Below, piece after piece: positions 32,670-43,149 of a stretch of DNA of 64,000 nt. The DNA lies in assembly GCA_027317865.1 (NCBI GenBank), contig DAHVQG010000006.1, forward strand, positions 110,257-174,256, written 5' to 3'. A model generated the notes under the pieces. That model saw only the letters and a list, made by a program, of their open reading frames with translations, had not been told where the DNA came from and ran no database searches. Within the stretch, counting starts at the first letter, position 1. Every line of letters begins with the position of its first letter. The DNA is from Bdellovibrionales bacterium. GTDB taxonomy: Bacteria > Bdellovibrionota > Bdellovibrionia > Bdellovibrionales > UBA1609. Made by a program: the position numbers and the translations under genes.

Positions 32670-34199
32670 TCATTCGCGGGCAAGAAGCATCCCCGCCAAA
32701 ATTTGAAAGCACTGGGCGTTGGAGCCTTCGCTTAGCGCTCCAGCAGGCGACTTGTTCCACGCCATAACATCAAAATGGAGCCACGACGTATCGCGAACGA
32801 ATTTTTGCAAAAAAAGTGCGGCCGTGATCGCACCGCCAAATCCACTGTCGGAACAGTTTCTGAAATCGGCATATTCCGAATTCAACTCGCGCTCATATTT
32901 TTTGACGAGCGGCATGCGCCAAGCCATTTCGCCCATTTTTTGGGCGGCGCTTTCAGCTTCGGCCACCAATTCATCGTCATTTGAGAAAAAACCGGCGACA
33001 TCGAGCCCGACTGCAACACGCATTGCTCCCGTTAGCGTCGATACGTCAATGAGCGCAGCCGGAGCATCCGCATTTTTTCGTGTCACCGCATAATCGATCG
33101 CATCAGCCATGACCAAACGCCCTTCGGCGTCGGTGTTATCGATCTCGACGTAGTGACCGGCACGAGAAAGATGCACGTCACCGGGGCGAGTCGCACGGTC
33201 TGAAACGGAATTTTCAGCTAACGGCAAATAAAAATCACAGGGGGTTTTCAAACTCATGTTCGTCACAAAATGGCATAGCCCAGCCATGATGGCGACACCC
33301 GACATATCTTTTTTCATCAGACGCATTCCAGCTGCCGTTTTGATATCGAGACCGCCGGAATCAAATGTCACACCTTTACCGACAAACGCGAGCGGTTTAC
33401 GTTTTGAACCACCCTGCGGCCGGTAGCGCAAATGGACAAACCGCGCACCCCATTGTGAGCCGTTACCAACGCCAAGTAGTAAACCCATATTTTCTTTTTT
33501 TATTCGGGCTACATCCCAAACTTCGACGGTTAATCCCCTTCGCCCGCTAAAAAAATTTTTAAAAAATTGCGCAAGGTCTTGGGGATTGGCACCTGATGCC
33601 GGCAAATTAGCGAGATGCCGCGCCAAATTCATACCGCTAACTATCGCGTGAGACGCATCGATTAGATTGCGATCTATGTTGCCAGTTGAACTCGTAAAAA
33701 ATAATTTTGGATCTTGCTCGTCGCGCCGAGAACGAAGAACATTACGAAACGAATAGTGCGAAAGACCAATGCCAACCAAGGCGCCTAAGGTTTCTTCGGC
33801 GTTTAGGCCAACCAGATGCACGCCTATCGAAGACGCGCTCTTTTGCCGCCGACACTCTTGAAAAAGTTCGCGAAAGCGAGCTCCTGTCAAATCGCGAAAG
33901 CGCCCGTAATCGCTCTCGCCGTCTTCGCTAGGAGCAACTCGCAGCACGTGAACCACCCCCCGAGACGTAACAAGTGACAGTTGGGTATTCGAGCGTAAAG
34001 CCGCGCGCACCTGCGATTCGTCAAGCAACTTGCCCAGCATATTTCTTATGCCCGTCGCCGACTCGGCCGCTCCAAAAATGACAATTTGATGATCCCATTT
34101 CGCCTTACGACCGGCGGCAAAATTCCACTTGGCACCTCGAAGCGGACTTTCAAGCACGCGACGAGTGGTTTGATTCACATCTAATTTCAACAAATCCAC
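32670..34199 (-). CDS. Leucyl aminopeptidase (M17)
   Basis: GKGVTFDSGGLDIK, MKKDM and NTDAEGRL motifs. Confidence 0.95.
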   Translation of the reverse strand: MDLLKLDVNQTTRRVLESPLRGAKWNFAAGRKAKWDHQIVIFGAAESATGIRNMLGKLLDESQVRAALRSNTQLSLVTSRGVVHVLRVAPSEDGESDYGRFRDLTGARFRELFQECRRQKSASSIGVHLVGLNAEETLGALVGIGLSHYSFRNVLRSRRDEQDPKLFFTSSTGNIDRNLIDASHAIVSGMNLARHLANLPASGANPQDLAQFFKNFFSGRRGLTVEVWDVARIKKENMGLLLGVGNGSQWGARFVHLRYRPQGGSKRKPLAFVGKGVTFDSGGLDIKTAAGMRLMKKDMSGVAIMAGLCHFVTNMSLKTPCDFYLPLAENSVSDRATRPGDVHLSRAGHYVEIDNTDAEGRLVMADAIDYAVTRKNADAPAALIDVSTLTGAMRVAVGLDVAGFFSNDDELVAEAESAAQKMGEMAWRMPLVKKYERELNSEYADFRNCSDSGFGGAITAALFLQKFVRDTSWLHFDVMAWNKSPAGALSEGSNAQCFQILAGMLLARE

Positions 34200-34233
34200 G
34201 ACAAGACCTCGCGATTTCGTTAGAATTTAATCG

Positions 34234-35226
34234 ATGACAACCCAAGCGCCAACATTACGCCTTGTACAGTTCAACGTCGAGAATCTTTTTTTATTCCTCG
34301 ATCTGTACCAAGGGCAAGACTTAACCAAAATCACCGAGGCGGAGTGGCGAAAATTTTCTAGCTCAACCACCCCCAACAAGCCGCTTGAAAAAGTTTGGCA
34401 ATTGGCGCGGATTATTGATGAAATTCAGCCGGACATTTTGATGCTGAACGAAGTCGGCGGCATCGAGTCGCTGCAAAACTTCAACAAATATTTTTTGAGG
34501 TCGCGCTACAATGTTCACTTAAAAGAGGGCAATTCACTTCGCGGCATCGATGTCGGTTATTTAGTTCGAGCTGATCTTGAAGATAAAGTGATTTTAATTA
34601 GCCATCGCGACCGGCCGATTCATTTCTTGTATCCCCATGAAACGCAAACTTCTGCAGGAGGCAAATCGCACTACTTTTCGCGTGACGTGGCGGAATTGCG
34701 GTTATTTCGCCGTGGCGAAAACTCTCCGCGCCTGGTGATCATGCTTTCGCACTTAAAATCAAAACTCGACCCCGATAATATCGACCCCGAAGGCAAGTTG
34801 CGCCGAAATGCCGAGGTACGTACGTTGATTGAGTTATACAATGAATTGCGGCGTGAAATTCCAGCCGACACTCCTGTCGTCGTCAGCGGCGACTTTAACG
34901 GTACCGCCTCGCGAATCAATACCGAGCCGGAATTTGTACAACTGCACGAACAAACCGATCTCGTTGAAGCCCTCGAAGTTGCCGGCGTCGCCTTTGAAGA
35001 GCGTTTTACGCAAGTGCAAATCACGCCACTCGGACAGCAATTGTTTTTACAACTCGATTATGTTTTTGTTTCGCCGGCCGTTGTGAATCGCATCGACTCG
35101 TCCGGGACTTACGTTCATTATTTTAAATCTGAGCTCGGCCATCGCGCGCCTTGGCCGCGTTCACTTGATGAGCGCTCGCGGCTGCCGTCCGATCATTATC
35201 CTGTAGTTGTAACAATTAAGATTTGA
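34234..35226 (+). CDS. Endonuclease/exonuclease/phosphatase family protein
   Basis: FNVENL, HLKSK, GDFN, LDY and SDHYP motifs. Confidence 0.9.
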   Translation: MTTQAPTLRLVQFNVENLFLFLDLYQGQDLTKITEAEWRKFSSSTTPNKPLEKVWQLARIIDEIQPDILMLNEVGGIESLQNFNKYFLRSRYNVHLKEGNSLRGIDVGYLVRADLEDKVILISHRDRPIHFLYPHETQTSAGGKSHYFSRDVAELRLFRRGENSPRLVIMLSHLKSKLDPDNIDPEGKLRRNAEVRTLIELYNELRREIPADTPVVVSGDFNGTASRINTEPEFVQLHEQTDLVEALEVAGVAFEERFTQVQITPLGQQLFLQLDYVFVSPAVVNRIDSSGTYVHYFKSELGHRAPWPRSLDERSRLPSDHYPVVVTIKI

Positions 35227-35228
35227 TT

Positions 35229-35984
35229 TTATTTGCGCCGATGGTGCCGCATCACCCGATGCGCCGGCTTACCCTTCGGCAAAATCTTCAGCAATTCGAC
35301 TTTAAAGAGCAAAACCGAATCTGGCGGGATCACCGCATTGCCACGAGGCCCATAAGCTAAATCAGGCGGAATCGCCAATTTGTATTCTGAACCCGCACGC
35401 ATCAATTGAAGCGCTTCAGTCCATCCAGGAATGACAGCTCCCACCGGGAAGGTCGCCGGTTGCCCGCGTTTATACGAACTATCAAAGACCTTGCCATCTA
35501 TGAGCTTGCCTTCATAGTTCACAACAACCGTGTCATCTTTTGAAGCTCTCGGGCCTTTACCCTTGCGAACCATTTTATATTGCAACCCCGAGGCCGTTAC
35601 CTTCCAACCCGGTTTAGTTTTGTTCGTTGCCAAAAACTCTTGGCCTTTTTTTAGGTTTTCTTGCGCCTGTGCGAGCTGCTCTTTCTGCAAGCCTTCGCTC
35701 ATTTGGCGAAGAGCCTCCATCCGGTCATTACTGTTCAAGCGTAATTTGCGGCCTGAAAAAACATCATCGACCCCCGCGGCAAACGCAACCGGGTCTATTT
35801 TAATATTTTGATTTTTTAAATTTTGGGCAATTTGTACGCCGATTGCGTAGCTGTATTGACCCTTCGCCTGATTCAAATCCGGTTTTTTGGTGCACCCGGC
35901 AAGTGCCATAAGCGATGCAACTCCACAAAGACCGGCAACTGTAAATACCCGCGCCATAAAAGAAATTTGGCTAGTTGACTTCAT
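35229..35984 (-). CDS. FKBP-type peptidyl-prolyl isomerase (FkpA/Mip-like lipoprotein)
   Basis: SGLQY, FDSSY.RGQP, VIPGWTEAL and LAYG motifs; LAGC lipobox. Confidence 0.93.
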   Translation of the reverse strand: MKSTSQISFMARVFTVAGLCGVASLMALAGCTKKPDLNQAKGQYSYAIGVQIAQNLKNQNIKIDPVAFAAGVDDVFSGRKLRLNSNDRMEALRQMSEGLQKEQLAQAQENLKKGQEFLATNKTKPGWKVTASGLQYKMVRKGKGPRASKDDTVVVNYEGKLIDGKVFDSSYKRGQPATFPVGAVIPGWTEALQLMRAGSEYKLAIPPDLAYGPRGNAVIPPDSVLLFKVELLKILPKGKPAHRVMRHHRRK

Positions 35985-36032
35985 TCGTCCTCCCAAGACA
36001 ATGTTGCTCTCATGGTTACAGAAGCGACCAAT

Positions 36033-36419
36033 ATGTCAATTGTTTTCTTTGACGGAACTTGCACACTGTGCAACCGATTTGTCGACTTCATTATCCTGCG
36101 TGATCGCCATCGCGTTTTTCACTTGGCTTCGTTACAAGGTGAAACCGCAAAGTCCGTTTTACCCGAAATACCCGCGCCGTCGCCCGGTACCATCGTGCTT
36201 TATGACCACGGACAAATTGACACGAAATCGGCCGCTGTTCTTAAGATTTTTGCGCAATTGCCGGGTTTCTGGAGCTGGCTTGCCTGCTTCAAAGTCTTAC
36301 CCAAACGTTTTCGAGATGGCCTGTACGACTTTATTGCCAAAAACCGCTATAAAATTTTTGGACGACGCGAAACTTGCCGCGCTCCCACAGAAGACGAACG
36401 CGCTTATTTTTTGCCCTAG
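36033..36419 (+). CDS. DCC-family thiol-disulfide oxidoreductase
   Basis: FFDGTCTLC and AKNRYKIFG motifs. Confidence 0.88.
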   Translation: MSIVFFDGTCTLCNRFVDFIILRDRHRVFHLASLQGETAKSVLPEIPAPSPGTIVLYDHGQIDTKSAAVLKIFAQLPGFWSWLACFKVLPKRFRDGLYDFIAKNRYKIFGRRETCRAPTEDERAYFLP

Positions 36420-36466
36420 CGAGTGCGCCCAATTGAGCCATCACGACTCGCGGCTTCGGGTGGCCC

Positions 36467-37438
36467 TCACGACTGGCGTCTTAGGTGAATCGGCAACACG
36501 TTTTGTTTTGAATTCGGCGCATCGATTAGCTCTTTCGGGAGCGACTCGCGCAATGCTGCAACCATGGCCGCCATTGATTTTGTGTTAAGTTCATGTGCCC
36601 GGCTGACAACACTGACTTCGCGTACCGGTGCCGGTGGGTAAAACGGACGAATGCGGTCTCGATCGCGTGACGACAAATATTCGTGACACGCAAACCATGG
36701 GAGCAAAGTGTAACCACCCACCGCGTCCACCATTTCTTTTAATGTTTGCAAGCTACCACCTGCAAAATCAAAATGCCCGTTTGTCGATTCACGCCGCGCC
36801 CGCCGGTCACGACAAAGCTCGAGCGCTTGATCGCGAAAACAGTGCCCGTCAGCGAGAAGATAAACTTCGTTACGGTTCAGATCACCCGCCCTAATGATTT
36901 TTTTATCAGCAATGGTGTGATGCGGAGAAAAATAAAGATAAATGGGTTCATAAAAGACCGGGCGCTCGTCGAGACGGGTTTCTCCAAGCGGTGTTGCCAT
37001 TATGCCAAAATCAAGATCGCCTTTTAGCAAGCGATCAGCAATCGTCTCAGTCTGGAGTTCTTCGATATGCAATTTCAGATCGGGATAGTTCTCTTGCAAC
37101 GACCGCACAAGCCGCGGAAGCAAAAACGGCGCCAACGTCGGAATTATTGCAAGGCGCACGTCGCCACTCAACGCCGAAATCGCATTTTGGTCGACAAACC
37201 GGCGCATCTGGTTTGCTTCGTCGAGAATGCGTCGAGCTTGGGCTATGAGCGTCTCCCCAGCGGGAGTTAAATCAACAGGTTTGCGGCTGCGGTCAAACAC
37301 GACGACACCCAGCACGTCTTCAAATTTCTTTATTTGTTGACTCAACGTGGGCTGGGTCACATGGCAACGTTCGGCGGCACGAAAAAAACTGCGTGTTTCG
37401 GCTACGGCAACAATATATTCAAGCTGAGTCAGCGTCAT
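36467..37438 (-). CDS. oxyR: Hydrogen peroxide-sensing LysR regulator OxyR
   Basis: LysR HTH; GHCFRDQALELC two-Cys motif; divergent from ahpC. Confidence 0.92.
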   Translation of the reverse strand: MTLTQLEYIVAVAETRSFFRAAERCHVTQPTLSQQIKKFEDVLGVVVFDRSRKPVDLTPAGETLIAQARRILDEANQMRRFVDQNAISALSGDVRLAIIPTLAPFLLPRLVRSLQENYPDLKLHIEELQTETIADRLLKGDLDFGIMATPLGETRLDERPVFYEPIYLYFSPHHTIADKKIIRAGDLNRNEVYLLADGHCFRDQALELCRDRRARRESTNGHFDFAGGSLQTLKEMVDAVGGYTLLPWFACHEYLSSRDRDRIRPFYPPAPVREVSVVSRAHELNTKSMAAMVAALRESLPKELIDAPNSKQNVLPIHLRRQS

Positions 37439-37450
37439 AGTTTCAATATT

Positions 37451-37486
37451 ATAGATATTAACTATATTTTAATCAATATTATCCAT
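37451..37486. promoter_or_regulatory. OxyR-type operator
   Basis: ATAG-N7-CTAT-N6-ATCA-N7-CCAT between oxyR and ahpC. Confidence 0.65.
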
Positions 37487-37555
37487 TTTATTTATTGAGC
37501 TCGCGAGATTATATTGAGGGCAAGTCAATTTGAAAAATCGAAAGGAGCAAATATT

Positions 37556-38101
37556 ATGTCACGAATAATTTCGGTGGGAGAAAAATTTCCGGAATTTAAG
37601 CTCGCCTCGGTGGTGAGTCTTGAGAAGGGCAAGGAGTTTAAAGAAATTTCAAATAAAGATATGAAGGGCAAATGGACAGTCATGTTTTTCTGGCCGATGG
37701 ATTTCACCTTCGTTTGCCCAACCGAGATTGCAGAATTTAACCGGTCGATCAACGAATTTCGTGATCGCGAAACTCAAGTTTTGGGGGTCAGCACAGATAG
37801 CCAGTACGTGCATTTAGCTTGGCGACAACATCATGAAGATCTCAAAAATTTGCAGTTCCCGATGTTGGCCGACAACAAAAAGGACCTGAGCGAACAACTC
37901 GGCATCCTGCACCCGACGGAGAAAGTTCCTCTACGCGCGACGTTTATCGTTGATCCGGATGGAATAATTCGCTGGGTGAGCGTGAACGATCTCAATGTCG
38001 GGCGCAATGTTAAAGAAGTTTTGCGCACGATCGATGCCTTGCAGACAGACGAACTCTGCCCATGCAATTGGCAAAAAGGTGAGGCGACGCTTAACCCTTA
38101 A
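37556..38101 (+). CDS. ahpC: Peroxiredoxin AhpC
   Basis: DFTFVCPTE and ELCPCNW motifs. Confidence 0.95.
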   Translation: MSRIISVGEKFPEFKLASVVSLEKGKEFKEISNKDMKGKWTVMFFWPMDFTFVCPTEIAEFNRSINEFRDRETQVLGVSTDSQYVHLAWRQHHEDLKNLQFPMLADNKKDLSEQLGILHPTEKVPLRATFIVDPDGIIRWVSVNDLNVGRNVKEVLRTIDALQTDELCPCNWQKGEATLNP

Positions 38102-38114
38102 CGAAAGATTGGCC

Positions 38115-38729
38115 ATGGATACATTGCTCAATAGTCAAAACGCAACGGACGTCATAGAAAATTTGTTTGAAGGTCACGAGACATCGATTGCCCGTGACCT
38201 CAAAATGAATCTGAAACGGCTTGCCGAAGACTCCAGTCTTATTGACACCGAGTTTGCGCTTATTCTTTTGAGCTTGGCGCAACTTCGTGGCCACGCAAAC
38301 CTTAAAAACGCCGCGCTTAAACTAATTAGCCGGCATAACGAGGGCGCTTCGAACGCCACCCCTGAAACGTCTGACGTAATTGACGACAACATGGTTCGCG
38401 AGGCGGTTGAAGCTCCCGCGATCATGAGTATGCTCAACGGGTACTATAAATTTCGAAGGTTTATGCGCGATTCAGACCAAAGCGCGGATGAAGTTTTTGG
38501 CGCGGCCAAACTTCGAATGCAGTCGCTTGCAAAACCTAACTTGGGCCATGACCGGTTCGAAATGCTGGCCCTTGTTATTTCAATCGCCAACGGCTGCGAA
38601 CAATGTGTTACTTCGCATGTCGAAGCTTTGAAAAAGCTCGGCGCGCCGATTGAAAAAATACATGATATCGCTCGGCTTGCGGCCACCACGCTTGGAACAA
38701 TCGAATTGTTGAAGATCAATACCTTGTAG
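38115..38729 (+). CDS. ahpD: Alkyl hydroperoxide reductase AhpD
   Basis: SIANGCEQCVTSH CxxC motif; follows ahpC. Confidence 0.85.
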   Translation: MDTLLNSQNATDVIENLFEGHETSIARDLKMNLKRLAEDSSLIDTEFALILLSLAQLRGHANLKNAALKLISRHNEGASNATPETSDVIDDNMVREAVEAPAIMSMLNGYYKFRRFMRDSDQSADEVFGAAKLRMQSLAKPNLGHDRFEMLALVISIANGCEQCVTSHVEALKKLGAPIEKIHDIARLAATTLGTIELLKINTL

Positions 38730-38834
38730 TTGAAAATGACCTTTACTAACGTCTGGTTAACGTCTTGATTTGCATCTACCGATAAGCAATTGAACGTGAT
38801 CGCCCACTAGCCGATCACGCAGGGCTATCAAACT

Positions 38835-39308
38835 ATGATCCATCGACTTGATTTTGCACTACGACGCTGGCGGCTTTACAAACGGCTCCTCATGACTTTC
38901 GCCGTTGTTAACGTGTTTACAGTTGCGGCTGGTTTGGTGATCGGCATTCACTACGTCAATTATGATCTTATTACTGCACAAGAACTCATCGCAATCGGAC
39001 TCATTACGCTCTTATTTGGCATTATTCTACCGCTTGTGGTGATGGCGCGAATAACCAGCACGATTCGTGCGCTAAGACAGGAGATTCAACGATCGGTCTT
39101 TGACTTTCTCCGCAACTGGCGGCAAACGGAGCAAGACTTCGCCGCCCAAGACGGCGCCTTTAAAAACCCCGAATTTTGGTTACAAATTGCTTTGCTGTGC
39201 GGCCAATTTTTCGGTCAAGCGAGCTCAAACCCCGCTGCGCAAATGGCCGGAGAAATCGCGCTTACCATTCGCAACGAATTAAAGAAAAACCGCTCGCCGG
39301 CGACGTAG
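38835..39308 (+). CDS. Hypothetical membrane protein
   Basis: Two TM helices. Confidence 0.65.
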   Translation: MIHRLDFALRRWRLYKRLLMTFAVVNVFTVAAGLVIGIHYVNYDLITAQELIAIGLITLLFGIILPLVVMARITSTIRALRQEIQRSVFDFLRNWRQTEQDFAAQDGAFKNPEFWLQIALLCGQFFGQASSNPAAQMAGEIALTIRNELKKNRSPAT

Positions 39309-39383
39309 GCGTGCCCCCCTATTCCAGTAGACTCCAAAGACAAATTTTTGTAAGGTGATCCGATTTAAAAAGGCGGTCTACTT

Positions 39384-40550
39384 ATGAAAATTGCGAGCCA
39401 ACGAATCTCGGGTCTTGTGCAGTCGGATATTCGCGCCATGACCCGCGAGTGCAATCGCCTCGGCGGAATTAATCTCGGCCAGGGTCTTTGTGAATTGCCG
39501 ACTCCAGAGCCGGTGATCGCAGCCGCGCGGGTCGCGCTCGCGACTCAAGAAAAAAGCATTTATTCGGCCGCCGAGGGTGTCGCTCCGCTTCGCGAAGCGA
39601 TCGCCAAAAAACTCGCGCGCGAAAATCGCATCGACGCAGACCCCGAGCGCGAAATTGTCGTAACTAACGGCGGAACCGGCGGATACGCAGCAACATTAAT
39701 GGCGCTATTTAACCCCGGCGACGGCGTTTTGCTCTTTGAACCGTACTACGGTTATCATTTGAATGCGGCAATTCTCGCCGGCCTTAAACCCCAATTTATT
39801 CCGTTTTCTGGCGCAGATCTTGCGATTGACGAAGTATCTATACGAAATTCCATTGATTCGACCTCGCGGGCCATCGTCATTTGTACGCCAGCTAATCCAA
39901 GCGGCAAGATGTGGACCAAAAGTGAACTTGAACTTGTCGGACGAATTGCCAACGAAAACAATTTAGTCGTCGTCACTGACGAAATGTATGAATACTTTCG
40001 TTATGATGGGCGCGAACATATTTCTCCGGCTTCGTTACCTGAGCTCAAAAACCGCACCGTCACTCTCATGGGTCTCTCCAAAACTTTTTCGATCACCGGT
40101 TGGCGGCTTGGCTATGTCGCCGCTCCGGCTGAAATGACTGAAAAAATTCGCCTAGCAAACGATCTGTTTTACGTCTGTGCACCGACCCCGCTGCAATACG
40201 GAGTACTTGCCGGCTTTAATGACGTGGGCGCGGATTACTTTCAAAATTTGCAAACGCAATTTGCGGCCAAGCGAAATCAGATTTGTACAACACTTGAAAG
40301 CGTTGGGATGAATCCGATTGTGCCGCAAGGAGCTTATTACGTTCTTGCCGATATCTCGCGTTTTGGAATTAAAGATTCAAAGCAGTTCGCGATGAAAATG
40401 CTCGAAAAAGTCGGCGTGGCTGGCGTACCCGGTCGGGCATTTTTTAGTTCATCCGTTGGCGACCGGTACATCCGTCTGTGCTTTGGCGTTAATGACGACC
40501 GTTTAACCGAAGCGTGTACGAGATTGCACAAACTCAAGGGAGGGTTGTAG
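39384..40550 (+). CDS. PLP-dependent class I/II aminotransferase (probable methionine-salvage transaminase)
   Basis: INLGQG, TDEMY and SKTFSITGWRLG motifs; upstream of mtnDBC. Confidence 0.9.
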   Translation: MKIASQRISGLVQSDIRAMTRECNRLGGINLGQGLCELPTPEPVIAAARVALATQEKSIYSAAEGVAPLREAIAKKLARENRIDADPEREIVVTNGGTGGYAATLMALFNPGDGVLLFEPYYGYHLNAAILAGLKPQFIPFSGADLAIDEVSIRNSIDSTSRAIVICTPANPSGKMWTKSELELVGRIANENNLVVVTDEMYEYFRYDGREHISPASLPELKNRTVTLMGLSKTFSITGWRLGYVAAPAEMTEKIRLANDLFYVCAPTPLQYGVLAGFNDVGADYFQNLQTQFAAKRNQICTTLESVGMNPIVPQGAYYVLADISRFGIKDSKQFAMKMLEKVGVAGVPGRAFFSSSVGDRYIRLCFGVNDDRLTEACTRLHKLKGGL

Positions 40551-40552
40551 GC

Positions 40553-41089
40553 ATGGCTCTGCTACAGCTTGAAGCCGGTCAAACCGTTGCGACTTTAAGT
40601 GATATCCGTTTAGAGCTTTCACGCCTTGGCATTGAACTTGCGCATTGGCCGATTGAGCGGACACCCAAAATTGCGCCACTTCTCGCCGCTGAAATTTTAA
40701 ATGAAACCCAAAAAGAAGAACTCCTTTGCGCTTTCGATGAACGTTTCGAGGATCAGAAACGCCGCTACGGTTATCAGGCGCGTGACCTCGTTGTTTTGCA
40801 TTCGTCCGTTCCCAATCTCGAAAATCTTCTGAAAATTTTTGACAAGTGCCACACTCATGCAGACGACGAAGTTCGCTACATCATCGACGGTACTGGAAGA
40901 TTTGGTTTTGTAGCCCCCGACGGCAAACAAATGCTTTTAACGGTCGAAGCGGGTGAATACATTCGCGTACCCGCCAATACTGAACACTGGTTCGTTCTTG
41001 ACGAGAATCGCCGAATCAAAGCCGTGCGGTATTTTACAAATAAAGACGGTTGGGTTGCGAACTATACCGGCACACCGGCGAGGTTTTGA
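40553..41089 (+). CDS. mtnD: Acireductone dioxygenase
   Basis: HTHADDEVRY...VPANTEHWF cupin motif. Confidence 0.9.
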   Translation: MALLQLEAGQTVATLSDIRLELSRLGIELAHWPIERTPKIAPLLAAEILNETQKEELLCAFDERFEDQKRRYGYQARDLVVLHSSVPNLENLLKIFDKCHTHADDEVRYIIDGTGRFGFVAPDGKQMLLTVEAGEYIRVPANTEHWFVLDENRRIKAVRYFTNKDGWVANYTGTPARF

Positions 41090-41092
41090 AGC

Positions 41093-41776
41093 GTGTCGAA
41101 TGCCGAAGAGATTATCCATTCAAATGAGTTTCAATCGGTGTCGACACAGCTTGCCGAAACAGGACGTTTTTTGGCTGAACGAGGATGGGCTCCTGCGACA
41201 AGCGCGAACTATTCATCGCGTTTAACCGAAACGTCATTGGTCGCAATTTCTCGCAGCGGCGTTGATAAATATAAAATGAATGCCCAAGATTTTCTGGCCA
41301 TCACCCTCGCTTCAAACGAGACTTCGCCCGGATTTTCGGTGATTATCCGTCACACTCCTGCTGCTGAATCAGTGCGGCCATCCGCCGAAACGCTAATACA
41401 TGCGGCGATTTATCAAGCTCGACCTGAGGCACGGGCCGTACTTCATGCGCACTCACCAAACAACACGCGTTTGTCACTTCGCTTTTTAAGTCAAGGTCAT
41501 CTGAAATTTAAAGGGTACGAAATGCAAAAAGGCCTTGAAGGGCAAACCCATCACGAAGATATCGTTCGCGTCCCCATTCTCGCGAATAGCCAGGATATGA
41601 AATCGTTTTCGGTTCAAGTCTTTGACCTTTTGCGCGAAGAGCGTGACGTGGTCGGTTTTCTTATCGCCGGCCACGGGTTATATACTTGGGGGGCGAGCGT
41701 CGCTTCGGCTCGACGGCACATCGAAACTTTTGAGTTTTTATTTTCGTGTCATGCGCTTGAGCTTATGGGCGTGTAG
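41093..41776 (+). CDS. mtnB: Methylthioribulose-1-phosphate dehydratase
   Basis: GW.PATS.N.S, SGVDK, PSAET..H, HAHS and GHGLYTWG motifs. Confidence 0.92.
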   Translation: MSNAEEIIHSNEFQSVSTQLAETGRFLAERGWAPATSANYSSRLTETSLVAISRSGVDKYKMNAQDFLAITLASNETSPGFSVIIRHTPAAESVRPSAETLIHAAIYQARPEARAVLHAHSPNNTRLSLRFLSQGHLKFKGYEMQKGLEGQTHHEDIVRVPILANSQDMKSFSVQVFDLLREERDVVGFLIAGHGLYTWGASVASARRHIETFEFLFSCHALELMGV

Positions 41777-41806
41777 TATGCGTCGGCGCAAAAGTAGGAG
41801 CAAAAT

Positions 41807-42529
41807 TTGAAAACCAATGAATTTCAGTCGGCGCGATTCATTCTTCTCGATATTGAAGGCACAATTTCAGAACAATTTTTTGTACGAAAAGTTTTATTCC
41901 CTTATTCGGCTGAACGTCTGCGCACCTATGTCGCAAAACATTACAACAATCCAGTGGTGCGGGATTGCCTGAAGCAAACCGGCGCAATTGACGACGAAGG
42001 CGCTATTGTTCAACTGTTGGAGTGGATTTCTGACGACATCAAACATCCGGCGCTTAAAACATTACAGGGCCTTATTTGGCGCGAAGGCTACGAAGCCGAT
42101 GCATTTCGCGCACACCTCTACGACGACGTGCTGCCCATGTGGCGCGCCTGGATTGCGGAGGGCCGGGAGCTTGGCATTTATTCGTCCGGGTCAAAAGCCG
42201 CGCAAGATCTATTTTTTCACTACAGTAGCAAAGGCGATGTCCGGGAGTATTTAAGCGCTCATTTTGATCTGTCGACTGGCTCCAAACGTGATCCTGAAAG
42301 TTATCGAGAAATTGCGAGCAATGTCGGTTTTGCTCCTTCAGAAATTTTGTTTTTGTCAGATGTAGTCGAAGAGCTCGATGCGGCCCGTGCCGCCGGATTT
42401 AAAACTGGGCTTATTGTTCGCGACCCTAACGTGAACAACGATCGATCTACGATTTTGGGAGCTACGCAATTTATAACTTCGGGCACCGCCAGCGGGCATC
42501 CGGTATTTACGTCGCTTGCCGAAATTTGA
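41807..42529 (+). CDS. mtnC: Enolase-phosphatase E1
   Basis: LDIEGT, LFPY, LKTLQGLIW, IYSSGS and LFLSD..ELDAA motifs. Confidence 0.93.
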   Translation: MKTNEFQSARFILLDIEGTISEQFFVRKVLFPYSAERLRTYVAKHYNNPVVRDCLKQTGAIDDEGAIVQLLEWISDDIKHPALKTLQGLIWREGYEADAFRAHLYDDVLPMWRAWIAEGRELGIYSSGSKAAQDLFFHYSSKGDVREYLSAHFDLSTGSKRDPESYREIASNVGFAPSEILFLSDVVEELDAARAAGFKTGLIVRDPNVNNDRSTILGATQFITSGTASGHPVFTSLAEI

Positions 42530-42597
42530 TTATTCGGCGCCGACATTTTGATTGCCTCCGCCTGGCCAAATGGCTTAATGTTGGCTTCGCAATCGAT

Positions 42598-42674
42598 GGC
42601 GGTTATAGCTCAGTTGGTAGAGCCCCGGATTGTGATTCCGGTTGTCACGGGTTCGAGTCCCGTTAACCGCCCCA
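42598..42674 (+). tRNA. tRNA-His (GTG) with G-1 and encoded CCA
   Basis: Cloverleaf: acceptor GCGGTTA/TAACCGC, anticodon loop TTGTGAT, GTTCGAGTCC T-arm, C73 discriminator. Confidence 0.97.
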
Positions 42675-42763
42675 TTTGTCTACAGCCCAAAACAGGCTGA
42701 AAAATAAAAGTCATATTGCGCTAAGTACTTAATTCACCGTCGAGGGAAACGCGCGTCAGAGTC

Positions 42764-42826
42764 GACTATTTCAAAATATTTCGGACTATTTCAGAGCTTT
42801 GCTACATTTGCTACAACTTTGCTACA
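42764..42826. repeat. Phased direct repeats: 3x TATTTC (10-bp period) and 3x TTTGCTACA
   Basis: GACTATTTC 42764, AAATATTTC 42774, GACTATTTC 42784; TTTGCTACA at 42798, 42807 and 42818. Confidence 0.85.
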
Positions 42827-43095
42827 CGCTAAATTTTCGGGAGCGAACTCAACATCAAAACCTGGGAGGGTTTTATGGTACTGGTTCGTTTCTACGCGTT
42901 CATTATTTGGCTCGGGATTATGCTCGCCTTTTGCGGCGAGCTTAAATCCTGCACGCTCGCAATGATGGGTAAAGCCGCTCAAAGTAGCGAACAGGGCATT
43001 ATGTCGTACTCTGAGTACACGCGCTTACTGACTAAATAGTCTAAAAAAATGCGGCCGCCGCTATTGGCAGCCCAAAAACCGTCAAAAACCAATTT

Positions 43096-43122
43096 AGCCC
43101 GAGGTAACCCCTCGGGCTTTTT
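43096..43122 (+). terminator. Intrinsic terminator immediately upstream of the recombinase
   Basis: AGCCCGAGG-taacc-CCTCGGGCT-TTTT. Confidence 0.75.
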
Positions 43123-43149
43123 ATTTCTAAACATAAAAAGGAAAAAGAC

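Noticed and set aside
35887-36588. 233-aa plus-strand ORF and other antisense or shadow ORFs in the track
   Set aside because: They overlap well-supported genes in other frames and show no motifs.
42764-42826. CRISPR array
   Set aside because: Repeats are 9 bp with no spacers; no cas genes in the window.
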